A DNA stretch of 59,672 nt, counting the filler, from Platydemus manokwari (lineage: Eukaryota), in assembly GCA_037951405.1 (NCBI GenBank). It is 5 parts of 5 records of this genome, joined end to end, with 100 filler letters (N's around TTAATTAATTAA, not from the genome) between each part and the next. Parts side by side here need not be neighbours in the genome. Positions count along the whole stretch, not along the records: positions 13,944 to 26,481 come from JBBMOY010090010.1; positions 26,582 to 39,668 come from JBBMOY011846945.1; 3 more parts are not named here. One strand, written 5' to 3'. A program made the position numbers and the translations under genes. The notes under the pieces are model-generated. The model was not told where the DNA came from and ran no database searches. It saw only the letters and a list, made by a program, of their open reading frames with translations. Shown here one piece after another: positions 13,944 to 34,000 of this stretch. The stretch's first letter is position 1; each line of letters starts with the position of its first letter.

Positions 13944-13960
13944 AATGATAATAATAATAG

Positions 13961-13995
<35 letters not shown>

Positions 13996-14178
13996 GTTGG
14001 ATTTTTGAAATTCAATTTAAGTGTTTTACTTACAAAATGATAGTCATAATCTAGTGATATTAATAGATATACAAATGAATATGCAATCATGTATTACTGC
14101 ATTGCTGTGAGAAATTATTATTATTAATGCATCGAGTACATAATTTCAAGTTTCAAATAATTATAAATATTGACTTAC

Positions 14179-17100
14179 AGGTTCACCAGATTTTCCATCT
14201 ACCCCTGGGACTCCCGGAATTCCGATATCACCAGCCGGTCCGGGATCTCCCGTGGGTCCGGGATCACCTCTTGGGCCATCTCTACCAGGTTGTCCTTGCT
14301 TCCCAGGTGGTCCACTAGGTCCAGGTAAGCCAATAATTCCTCTACTTCCTGCAGGTCCAGGTTTCCCTGAATCTCCAATTCTCCCAGGAAGTCCAGTTGG
14401 TCCTAGGGGTCCAGGTGGACCAGTTTCTCCTACTGCTCCTGAAACTCCTCCTGCACCCGGTGCACCGATGGGACCTTGCTCACCGATTATACCAGGTGGT
14501 CCGTTTTTACCAGGTGAACCAGCACCTCCATCTAGTCCATCAGGACCTCGCTCTCCTTTGTGGCCAATAGGCCCAATCTTTCCAGGGGGCCCTGTTGCTC
14601 CTGGTTCACCCATTGGTCCTAATATATACATTTTTCAAAAACCTATGAAAAATATTAAATTTACCTGCTGGTCCCACTGCACCTTTCGAACCATTTTCTC
14701 CAATTCTTCCTGGTGGTCCAGATTTACCTCTTTGGCCTCTAATTGCACTGCCAGATCTTCCAGAAAAAGAGACTGATGGAGAACCTCCAGGTTCCCCTTT
14801 AAAACCTTTTAATCCCTTTGGACCTAATGTGCCTGGAGGACCTACTTCACCTGCATTTCCTTTGTCTCCTTTGTAACCCTCAGGCCCAGGCATACCAGGT
14901 AATCCAGGTTTGCCAGGAATTCCCTTCAAAATAACAAATGAAGCAATGTTTGCAAAATAATTGTTCAAATTTATAATATTTAGTCTTTGGAAAAGTAGAC
15001 CGTAATGTTTATATAAATCTGCTTAAGTTTCGTTTTGTCTTCTTAAATTTTTTGCTACTACAACATTTTATTTTCCAAATAATGATCGATTGAATAGAAA
15101 AAATTATGCAAAACAAAAAAACCTTACTGTAACACCAATTCTTCCAACTGCTCCTAGAGAACCTATGTCACCCTTCGGTCCTACAGGACCTGGAGGTCCT
15201 GGATCTCCCTGAGGTCCTGGGGATCCTCTTCGTCCACTAGGTCCAGGAGGACCTGCATTTCCTTTTGGTCCGTCAACGCCATCTTTTCCATTAGCTCCAT
15301 CTTTTCCAGGAAGACCGGGGGATCCTGCTTGTCCTCTAGAACCTATACTTCCAATTTCTCCCACAGCTCCTTGTTCCCCTGGATTTCCATTTCCACCATT
15401 TTCCCCTCTCATACCTTGAGGACCAGTGGCACCAACATCACCGGCAATGCCAATTTTACCAATAGGACCTTTTGTACCTTTATTTCCTTTCAATCCAGCT
15501 GCTCCATTTAAACCCGGTGTTCCCATTTGACCTTTCATGCCCTAAAGAGAGTATATATAAACAGTGGATATTGAATTATATATGTAACCATCGGACCAGC
15601 TGGACCTTGTAATCCCGGTGGTCCTGGTGGACCAACATGGCCCGGTATTCCATCATCTCCAGGTTTTCCGGGTAAACCTCTTTCTCCAGGAGGACCTTGT
15701 GCCCCTGGTTGCATATTCTTTCCATGGGCACCAGGAAGGCCTAAAGGTCCGGGTTTTCCATCTTTTCCTGGATGACCTGGAGGTCCTGGAGGTCCAATAG
15801 GTCCGACTCGCCCCGGGAGTCCATTCTTTCCTGCTACTCCAACAGCACCAGGTTGTCCATCTTTTCCAGGGCTTCCTGATGCACCAGAAATACCAACTGT
15901 TCCTTGCGATCCCTTAGCTCCATCATTACCTCGTCGACCAGGTGGACCAGTTTTACCTTTCGGTCCTCTTGGTCCTTAAAGTTAATAAAGAATTACAGTT
16001 TTGATTTGGAATGACTAATGTGATTAAAAACCGAGCAATTATAAATCATCGTATCAATTTCTAATGGGAGGAAATAGACAATTTAGTTTGCATCAAATTC
16101 ACGATTAAATCTATGCTGATAAAGTTATTGTGGAATCGAAGAGTAAGTTCATTATCTTGTAAATAAATATTTCGTTACCTGGTAAACCTTGGGGTCCGAG
16201 AGACCCGATAGAGCCAGAATTTCCTCGAAGACCTGGAGGACCAGGGGGACCAGTTAATCCTGGATCTCCTTTCGCTCCAACTTCTCCAACGATTCCTCTA
16301 TTTCCTTGTGGACCCCTCGGTCCTCTGCGGCCTGGCCTACCAACACTACCCGTCTTTCCTGAATCTCCTTTCGGACCGACTGGACCGTCATTGCCATGAA
16401 TACCCTGATCAGAAGAATTTTCATATCATTTTCAAAACAATTTTAATCAATTATAATTACAGGATCACCGTGTTCACCGGGCGCACCTCTTTTTCCATCG
16501 GACCCGGGAATACCATCCTGACCTTGAGATCCTTTAAGACCAAAGATTCCTTGGGAACCTTTTTCACCTACAGTTCCTCGGGCTCCTGCCAGACCAGGCA
16601 ACCCATGAATACCTGTACTACCTTGAATTCCTGGACGTCCACTCATTCCTTGTGGCCCAACATGGCCCGGATTACCAACAGGTCCTGGCAATCCAATAAC
16701 CCCTCTTTTTCCCGAAGATCCTTGTGGACCTTGTGGACCAATGTCTCCACGTGGTCCCTGTATGTGTAATTTTGGATTATTGTTAGATTTATAAATATAT
16801 TTTTATCATAATAGAGATAGTTCTGCAAGATAATTTATCATTATCGTTATTGATTTATTATTACTTTAACCTAATTTTTCAAAAAGCACTTTCAAATAGA
16901 TTTTGGTTGGATAAATTACTTAAAATTATCTTTACCGGAGGACCATCTTTACCCATTCTTCCTGGTTGACCTTTGTTACCTTTCGGACCAAGAGGACCCC
17001 TCATTCCAGGCAAACCAGTTGGACCAGTTGGACCGGGAGGTCCAGGTTCACCAGTATGTCCTTGTATTCCGGGATCACCATTTCTTCCAGATTTACCATC

Positions 17101-17533
17101 TTGTCCATTCTGACCGGGAGGTCCTGGAGGACCAAGTGGGCCATCAGCTCCAGAAGGTCCAGGACTTCCTGCAGTTCCGGGCGGACCAGGTGGACCGTTG
17201 GGTCCAGGGGGACCAGGAGGTCCTCTCACACCTGGGTCACCCTGAGGCCCGGGAATGTATTGAACCCCAGCAAATGGAGCAGGACCCTTCACACCCTGCA
17301 AAAAGAAATCTTCTGTATTAGCATTCTCTTTTGAAATTCATCTGTTCACGTACAGGTGGCAAAGTCGGTCCATCAGTTGTTTCTCCTCCCGACTGTCTCT
17401 TATGCCTATACAGTGATTCAGCTAAATAACCGAAATGCTCAACCCAATAAGACCTCAACCATTCTCACTCACCAGAAATGAATACTGATAAACAAACGAG
17501 AACAAAGATAACAATCAATTTATTCTCTTGCAT
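14179..17533 (-). CDS. Fibrillar collagen alpha chain A, 3'-truncated by the linker. Exons: 17533-17473, 17421-17354, 17295-16936, 16757-16461, 16404-16179, 15974-15589, 15541-15128, 14923-14665, 14618-14179
   Basis: Signal peptide [21 protein letters not shown], furin-type RHKR, telopeptide-like VKGP, then about 255 Gly-X-Y triplets plus one interruption. All junctions are GT-AG and frame-consistent. Phase-0 intron positions match the vertebrate fibrillar-collagen exon map. The C-propeptide is not in the window. Confidence 0.9.
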
Positions 17534-18103
17534 TTTCTTCAACGAGGAATTGATTTAATCCGCAATAAAATTCCAAATCGAGAATATCTGACTACGAAGT
17601 TATTCTCAAAGATATCTTCAAACAAGGAAGATCCGCCAATTATTTGTTTGTTGAATTCACAGAGTAAAAATCCACAATATAAAATTCAATCTCAATGATA
17701 ATTCGTTGATATTTGCCAGAAAAGATTTCACAATAATGTCGCAAATGGAATCTCGTCTGAAATGGAATAGAATTGATTTATTTCTGTAGCAGCAGTTTAC
17801 CAGTAAATGCCAGTGACATTTTACCGATATCGTTTTCGGATGGTTTTCTTCACTAACCACCTCTACATATTATAGGCGCACATAAGTTCGCACACAGCCA
17901 CACACAGTCACAGGCACACACACACGATTGTGATTTGCAAATAGGGCACATTTTGATAGCGATTTTGACACAAGTATTCCAGTACTGATTCTAACCTTTC
18001 GAAATCTCATAATATATTATCAGAAATAAATCAATTGTGTAAATTTGATCAATTATAACTAGTTTATTGTTTGTTTTAATAATTGAGCCAACAATTTCAC
18101 AGA
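17534..18103. promoter_or_regulatory. Candidate bidirectional promoter and 5' UTRs between the divergent collagen genes
   Basis: Only 570 bp separate the two ATGs. A central TATTATA (about 17868-17874) is followed by a CA-rich block with repeated CACA(CA)G motifs (about 17877-17926). Transcription start sites cannot be seen. Confidence 0.55.
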
Positions 18104-25522
<7,419 letters not shown>

Positions 25523-26404
25523 ACAGATTTTTGTAATCGTTTGTAATTATTTGATTTTTATTCAATTTGAACTTCATTATTAACATTGGAATATCGTCTG
25601 TGAGGTGTAGTTGTGAATGGTTGTTAAAACATTATTATTAATATTATAAATATTATTATTATTACCATGTCAACCTTTGTGATCGATTAATTTATGTTTT
25701 GTTTGATTTCGACGAAACTTGGTTGTGGAAAATATATATCACTAATATCCATCACAGTTAATATAGCTTATCAAACTCGAATATTTTTTCTCTTTAACGT
25801 TCACTAATTTTAGTCTATTTTCTCTGATAACATGATTAGTCTAGGAGACAACCGTCATATTGAAAAACCAAGAAAAATTGAGTATGACATTTAAAACAAA
25901 GATATTAATTAATTAACACAGTCAGATATATCTCCTATAATAATGATGTTTGGTATATCTGAGCTATTTTGTTTGTCTTATTCCTCTCGTATTTTAGGTT
26001 CTCATTAAGGTAGAAGGCTTTTTTACGAAACTCTCTGAGGATAATAAAATAAAATATAATGTATTATTATATTACAAAATGCATCAATAAAAAAGACAAA
26101 ATTAGAATAAATGGTATCATGACCATGTGGCAGCTCTTAATTAAGATTTGGGATACCCTATTTCAATATTGGATATGGGATCAAGTGAAGATTCCGAACT
26201 GCAAAGAGAAAATGGCAAAAATATAAAATCCCGAATAAATCACATAGTCAACATATTGTCATGCATTTATGACCTAACTTTTATCGTTGCGATATGTTCG
26301 ACATATTTTGAAAGACTCAATTTCTAAAAGACGTTAGTCACAAATATTGACGAAATTGAATCATATGTGTTTAGTCAATATAGAGCGAGTTCATGTCTAA
26401 AACA

Positions 26405-26405
<1 letters not shown>

Positions 26406-26481
<76 letters not shown>
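26406..26481. repeat. (AAT)n microsatellite at contig end
   Basis: About 25 AAT units directly before the linker. Confidence 0.95.
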
Positions 26482-26581
26482 NNNNNNNNNNNNNNNNNNN
26501 NNNNNNNNNNNNNNNNNNNNNNNNNTTAATTAATTAANNNNNNNNNNNNNNNNNNNNNNNNNNNNNNNNNNNNNNNNNNNN
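26482..26581. other. Artificial contig linker (44 N + TTAATTAATTAA + 44 N)
   Basis: Identical to the other three linkers. Confidence 0.97.
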
Positions 26582-26726
26582 ATCTTGCTACAGGTCACGG
26601 TTGTCTGATGAACATTTAAATGACTTATTAATGATTTCTACTACTCATTTTGAACCACTCATTTTTGGCCCTCCAAATTTTAATGTGGCAATGTGGCCCT
26701 TTGCTGAAAAAGTTTGGAGACCCCTG
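26582..26726. mobile_element. Terminus of a hAT (Charlie/Buster-type) DNA transposon or MITE; the other end is lost at the linker
   Basis: Ends in AGTTTGGAGACCCCTG (reverse complement CAGGGGTCTCCAAACT, a Charlie-type TIR). Subterminal TGGCCC repeats precede it. It is followed by ATCTAGCC, which resembles the nTCTAGAn target preference of this group. Confidence 0.7.
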
Positions 26727-27646
26727 ATCTAGCCTATATTCAGCTATTTTGAAATATTTGATGGAGCTACCCAATTGAAAGAATCTTTAAATCAGAAAAT
26801 TTTTTTCTCTTTTTTGATAATAACAAAAATACTTTCTACATATTTATCCTTACCAACCATATTCATAATTTTTGACAGCACATTGCTGTGGTTTATTGCG
26901 TTATGCAACCACTTTGATTATTGTTCTTTTTTGAAGTATTTAATTACAATATACAACTGACCTTGTGATTTTTCTCATAAAATAATACTCTCAACATATT
27001 GACAGTCTTAACAGTATTACCAATCAATCAATAAATTGTTATTTATAAAACATCACTTTTTTAGCAATAAAAATTTCCTGTGGCATCAAGAAACTGTCAG
27101 TGATGGATAATTCCAACGGTAAAGACACATTTTACTGGAAAATTTAATTTTGCATCAAATTTAGGCTTAAAATTTTATTTTTTAAACAAAGCCGAAATTT
27201 CCAGTAAAATTAAATAGCTTAAAATCTAAACTCCAGATATTTTGGCGATTTCAAGAAATATTTTAAATCCAACTCTCTGTGTTTAGTGATAGAATGGTTT
27301 CATGATCTTTTCCTACTCATTATCTCGTGATAGAATCAATTAATCCTAAAATAAACAATTGAATGTAACTATTTTTTAATTTTTCGATGTCATCTGTTTA
27401 TCTCCATCTCTTGGTTTTTGGTATTTATTTGGTGTTTCCATTTCTCATCACTTACAGGTGCAGTGATTGCAATTATCTAAATCGAAAGCTAGACAAGAGA
27501 AGATATAAAAAAATTAAGATTTATTTCTCCAAACCATTAATGTACAATCTCGACTAATCGATATGAATTCTGTGAAGGCATATGAACATGAAGAGCTAGA
27601 CCGATTTCCTTATTTATATATTTCGGTAAAATGATCTGTATATATT

Positions 27647-30600
27647 TTACTTTGGCATTTTTACGGAGCATTTGAGAAAGATCTGGTCAGCCTGACAAAG
27701 TGCAGGATTCGAGAACAATTCCTCCAATTTGATAAATTGATGATAGCCAATTCCACCGTTTCTTTCGTTGGCAGGCTTGTTCCAGTTGATTGGATTGGGG
27801 AAATTATCGAATTTGGCTGTGTCACTTGCATGGATGTGACCGGTTTGTTGATTGATTATCGCCAATGTGACATCGAATTTAAAAGGCCATGGTAAAATGT
27901 TATCATAAACACCGTGCATAATGCAGAAATAAAGGGACAAGTGAGTGCTTTTCCCGCTGCCAAATCCATCGGGATCAATTCGGAGACATAATTTGTAACC
28001 ATTTTTGTGCGTGTAAAATGGATCGCTATAAATGACAAGATTGACTCCATCTCGGGCCGATTTGTTTTTATCAGTAAATTTATCTACATTCCAGATAAAT
28101 TCGCCGCAATTTTGCTTTGACAAATTGGCCTCAATATCGTTGATTTTGCTGCTCAAATTCGTGGTTTTAGTTTCGATAAATTCGAGAATTTCTTCATTTA
28201 GTTGCCATTTTGTGGCCAATGATGAATATTTACTTTCTGCCGACTGATATTTGTGTTTCCATTGTTCGATTTCTTGGCTTTGAACTTTCGTTTTGGTTTG
28301 CAGTTCCAAAATGACGTTCTGGAAAACAATGCAAAATTTCTCTCATAAGATTTTAGAATGGGATTTATTTATTTATTTTACTTCGTGTTTTTCGTTTTCC
28401 ATTTTGAGATCATTAAATTTTGTAACCATGGTTTCATTGTCTTTTTTCAAATCAATTACACTCTGAGATAATTGCTCTAATTTCTGTGTGCTCATCTCAT
28501 CAGTAACCTAATGATAAATCACTAATTAACTAACTCATTGAAAATATATAAAATATTGATTTTTTATAAATATTTATTAGTTAATAAAAATTAATTAATC
28601 AATTTAATTTTAAAAATTTTTATTTTTTATTAAATTATTTATCTGAGCTCAATTGAAATAATTATTTATCGGTTTTTAACAAATAATAATTATAATGATA
28701 ATATATAATTTATTAAGTAGTTTTATTTTATTGATTTAATGATAATCGATTGTAATTAACAAATTATTTATTTAAAATTTTATTATTTATTTAATTAAAT
28801 TATTAATTTTCAATAATCAGTTATTCAATAAAAATTAATTAATTTTTAATTAATTAACTAATTGATTTTTTAGTTAAATTATTATTAAAAACACTGCTCA
28901 ACAAAGACTGTGCTATTTGAATGAAATTGGGTTGTACTTTCGTATTTTACTGAGCTGAGTTCAAATCTTATTTTAAATTTTTCCCCGAGTTTTCCAATGA
29001 CAATCAATTGAAACTGGCACAATCTATTTACGTGCAAGCAAAAGAAAAATGTGAGGAATATCTAAAGCAATAACTGAACTCGGCACATCAATAATACATG
29101 AGAACCGCTAATTTTCATTTAAATAACGAATCTCTTTCCATATTTTCACAAAACCAGCTGAAAATTGCTTGTAATTTACGAATGAAAACTGTGAGGATTT
29201 TAAAATGATGATGATGATTTTTATAAAATGGATATGGAAAATAAATTATAATTCGATTTTATATATTAATTTGTTTAAATAATTGTGGTTATATATAATT
29301 TTGTGTGGAGACTTTTCAGTTCGTTCTCAATGCGCGCTTTATTAAATAGTAGAGGTTTACATGGTGACCGCTCATTTGGATTCCATTTAGAGAAGGTTTA
29401 TAACATGAAACGAAGAAGATATGGTGAATGTGTGGGAAAGATAGAAAGTAGATAGAAAGTAGAAAGACGAATTAGAAATTTTCATTTATATACAAATTTA
29501 GAGAATTTGATACAGATGTGGTTAAGAACGCATAGAAAATCTTAGATTTAAAGAAAGGAGAATGTGAGGATTTTAAAATATGACGATGATTTTAAAAAAT
29601 GAATTTAAAAGAATTTATAATCCGATTTTATATATTGATTTGTTTAAATGATTGTGGTTAAATTTATTTTTGTTTCGAGACGTTTCAGTTCGTTCTCAAT
29701 GCGTGCTCAATTAAATAGTAGAGGCTCACTATTCGTTTAATTTTTAACAATAACTAGCACTCATACGCAATAGAGGGTCATTAATGGGCCCAATTCATTC
29801 TTGCAGTTTTGATAATTCAGGATATTCCATAAAACCAAAGCAAAAATTAAGCCGATTATTAATTAAAAGAAAAGACCTCAATAATGATAAAATTTCACAT
29901 CCCACTATTTAGAGGTCATGTTTATGAGCATTTGAGAATTAAATCGAATGTAAATTAAACTAATTAATTAATTAATTACATAGTAATTAATTCAGAAGCT
30001 ACTTTTAATGCATTTATTAGATAATCGATTGCCATTCGATATACAAATCATTATATTCAATTAATTATTGATTAATTCATTTTATAAATCAATAATATTA
30101 TTAATTAATTAATTAATTAAAACTGTTAATCAATAAATTACTGTAAATAAATTTCTTAATTTTAGCTAATTGATAGTATCGATTAATTAATTAATTATTG
30201 ATTAATTAATTAATTATTAATAAAATTAATTAATTAGTTAATAATTTTTTATTTATTTACTGTAATTAATAATTTTTTGACTTGTTTTACCGGTTTATCA
30301 AAAAATTGGAGATTTCGGCTTGATCTATTCACGTTTTCCAATGCCACAATGTGTTCCTGCAGATGCACGATTTTTTTGTTCTGCCTCTCAATGATAATCC
30401 GCACCTCTTTATCGGCGATCTGAATCAATTCGATAAAAGCCAATTCAAACAGATTTATCACGAGATATGTTTTTACTTGTTTCTTCTCCCTTACGATTTT
30501 TATTTCCTCTTCCAAGCAGTGATTTTTTTGTTTTAATTCATAAACATCATTCTTCAATGTTTGGATCTCATTTCGGAAACCATCGATACAATCCATCAAC

Positions 30601-31076
30601 AGTTTTGAATGGGTTTGATTGGCCGACAATAAATGGGCTTCCATTTCAGTGTTTATTATTTCATCGCATCTACAACCGACGTTGGAAAATGGGCAAATCA
30701 CTGGTTTGGTATTGCAAATCCTGATGTGATCGACCATGTTTCTTAATTCATCCCGATATTGACAAGATTTCTGGCTACACTTGACTATCAATTTCGAAAT
30801 CTTGATGTTTGTCGACAGATCGAAATGAACATTTCTCCTCATGTTCATCAATTCGATTTTGCAATCGTCCATATTTGCTGGACAAAATCGATCAACACCA
30901 TCAAGATAATGTTCGATACATTCCGAACAATATTTGCAACCGCAATTTCCAATTCTTCCATCGATTAGAATCTTGTGGCAAATTGTGCAAAGAAAATCGT
31001 TATTTATTTCAGGAGTTATCTGAAAATCGTTTTCTTTTAAAATCTTCCAAATACTTTCAAATTTTGTGCTTGTCAT
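27647..31076 (-). CDS. TNF receptor-associated factor (RING-like, zf-TRAF, coiled coil, MATH/TRAF-C). Exons: 31076-30477, 30419-30291, 28507-28382, 28318-27647
   Basis: RING-like CTIC...CGCKYCSEC...CP...C. TRAF zinc fingers CSQKSC...H...C and CPFSNVGC...H...H. MATH motifs GEFIWNVDKF, YSDPFYTHKNGYKLCLRI, GSGKSTHLSLYF, YDNILPWPF. Phase-0 GT-AG junctions. The paralogue cannot be assigned. Confidence 0.92.
29190..29724. repeat. Two diverged direct copies of an ~165-bp element (29190-29355 and 29563-29724) in the large TRAF intron
   Basis: Both start TGTGAGGATTTTAAAAT and end TTTCAGTTCGTTCTCAATGCG-GCT--ATTAAATAGTAGAGG. Confidence 0.85.
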
Positions 31077-34000
31077 CTAAAATCTGCACAACATCTTTCA
31101 ATGATTTTTAATATAAATTTATTAATAATTATTTCATTCGCTATAAATCACAAACCACAATAAAATGATTTCGAAATTTATGATTTATAATTTTATTGTA
31201 CTTATTAACGCTCTAGCTCAATTAAACAAATACTTTCAAGGTCGCATTTCAATATACAACATTTCAATAGATTGCCTCTATTAAGTACTTGATTGCCTCG
31301 CATGAGAAGCATTTTATAATCAAAATATTAAAACTTTAAATTAAATGATAGATAAATAAATAAATTACAAGACAACAGAGTTTATTAACAAGCTGAAATT
31401 AAAAATTGATCAAATTATAATTGCACCAAACTAAGTCGAATGCGGATAATATTGATTAATTATTGAAATATTATTACCTAAATGAAACAGGAACCAAGGA
31501 CCTTTTGTTACGCAAACGGTGGGCAAAATATCTATGGATAAGGTTAACCGTAAAATCAATAACAACCATTAAAAATGTTGGAGATAGAACATAGACGATT
31601 TTCTAGTTGAGAAGTGTATCGAACTGGGCTATACATTTGTTGGGTTTCTACACTATTACGCGTCAAAAACTGGAACATATGGCAATTTTTTAGTGGTCTA
31701 CATGAAAAACTTAGTACATATGTGCAGCAATTATTTATTAGATTCGACATAAATTTTTAATGTGACAAAAATATCGATTAGTGGAAAGTATAGGAAATAC
31801 TAACAATAACATATTTGTAAAAGCTAATTTATTAAAATTATATTTATAAAATATAATATTGGATATAAATCAAAATTATATGACTTAATAAGATCTGAAA
31901 AAATCATTAAAATTTCCCTTACAATACATTTACCTATGAAATAACATAAACAGATAACCTAATAGCATAATAAATATTGGCACTGAATATAATAATCATA
32001 TAAAATAAATTTAATTCTAGATCAAATAAAATGTTATACAACTTAACGGCGTGAGTTCTAATAAATATGCGATGTTTTGTATCCGATTTAGAATTGAAAG
32101 CTATTCGAACAAAAATCCATACAGTTATTTACTTTTTTATTTACAGTCATAAGATTTATTTGCAATCGCAATGTTCGTGCAGAGTTAAATCAAACTAATT
32201 ATATTACAGAACAAATTGACAAGATGATCATGTCGCGATTCAAGGACGCTAAGTTTTTCCTTATGATTTTTTTATATAACGTTCAAGAATATAGCTATTA
32301 AGGATCCAAAAGGGTTGCGAACCTATTTGCTGATTATATAAAATTTATTTTAATTCGAAAATACTCCTACTTGTCCTTGTTATTATAAGATTTATCGAGA
32401 AATTCTCGTTTTGATTATGATTATTTACCAAATAGTTATTTGGATCCTCGAAATTACGGTTAGGAGTTTTGTGAATGAATTGTGATAAAAGTTAATCAGG
32501 CGCTGATTTTAGGCACTTTGTACCGCAGATTTTCCATCACTCTCACAAAGTTTTATTATTTTATATACCTTAGACCTTAATAATTTTTTACTTTTATTAG
32601 TTTTTAAACGTCATAAATTTTTAAACTTTATTGACATTACAAATTTTAATTATTTTGTACCATACAATCAGCACTCATAATGGATTAAAATAAGGGTTTA
32701 TCATCAATATCCAGTCAAGAAAGGACCATCAATATTAAGTCAATAAATTAAAAATGTCTTGAATTGGTTGGTGGTTCTCGAAGGAATTCGAATATTTATT
32801 GGATTGTTATTAGGAATTGTGTTGACTCCATCCTTCACTTCTTCCCCAAATTCCTTTCTTGTCTTCCAAGCCCTTCCTTAGATTGTTATTTGGTGAAGTA
32901 ATTTACACCCATTTCTGAACTTTTGGTAGGGAAATTTCTCTTCCCTCGCGTAAGCCACTTTGTCTGTGTGTGTTATCCCTTTGAACGTTGACACAGTGGT
33001 TCAATTAGACCACATACTCCACTAAAATTATCCAGTCACTATTCACTAAAATAATAAAAATACACCATTGTCAACTTCGATTTTTGAATATCGACGTCGC
33101 GTTTTATGAGACTAGTAAGTGCAGACATATTCATAGAATTCAAAATACAATCTGCTTTCTTCAATAATTAAAATTATTAAGTAATACTTTTTTATATTGG
33201 TATGTATTATCACAAAATTTATGATGTATGAATTATCAGAGGAGAACTATTAAGCGCGAGAGGTCACTATTTTTGCTTGTAATATATCGCACTGCAACTT
33301 CTAATCGTTGGAAAGCAATTATCACGAAATACACTTAATGAGATTCATTTCAAAGACTTGGGTAATAATATCGAATAAATATATCACAGGGAAAGACAAT
33401 ATCCTTTATTTTCTTGAAATGTTTAATGCGGTTCTTCTATATTTGCAAAATCTGCTTTATAAAAATATATTTCGAAGTCTATGAAAGAACTACAGCATTC
33501 TAATCTTTCATCTTGATTGAAATTTTTCTTACAATTCAATACTCTACCATAGAAATTTTTTGTATATCTTTCAACTTCATTTGGACCAGGCTCTATTTTG
33601 GAAAAATGAGATATTTGTCTCATATTTTTGGCTGCTTCTTGAGATCGATAAATTCGAAGACTAATATTGAATATTTTAATCAAGTTATAAAACATAATCC
33701 CCGTAATTATTGTTTATCATTATACCATGACAAATTTTTCCTTATAGAAAACACTATTGGTGAATAACGCGTGAATTGTGTTGAAGGTAATTTAAATTAA
33801 TTTAGCATAGAAAATTGACCAAAGCATATCTGAGAAAGAAAGTTGTCTTTAAAATATCAATATCTAACTAAAAATATTTAAACTTTTAACAAAAGTATTT
33901 AAGTCGTATTCAAATTTCAGAGTTACATGCATATGTTAAATATTACGGGAACTAATAATTCAACTTTTAATTAGCGAAATTTTATAAATATCTTTTTAAT

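Noticed and set aside
29950-30250. Dense TTAA/ATTAAT palindromic tract in the TRAF intron (also 28520-28890)
   Set aside because: Low-complexity AT sequence with no defined unit or boundary.
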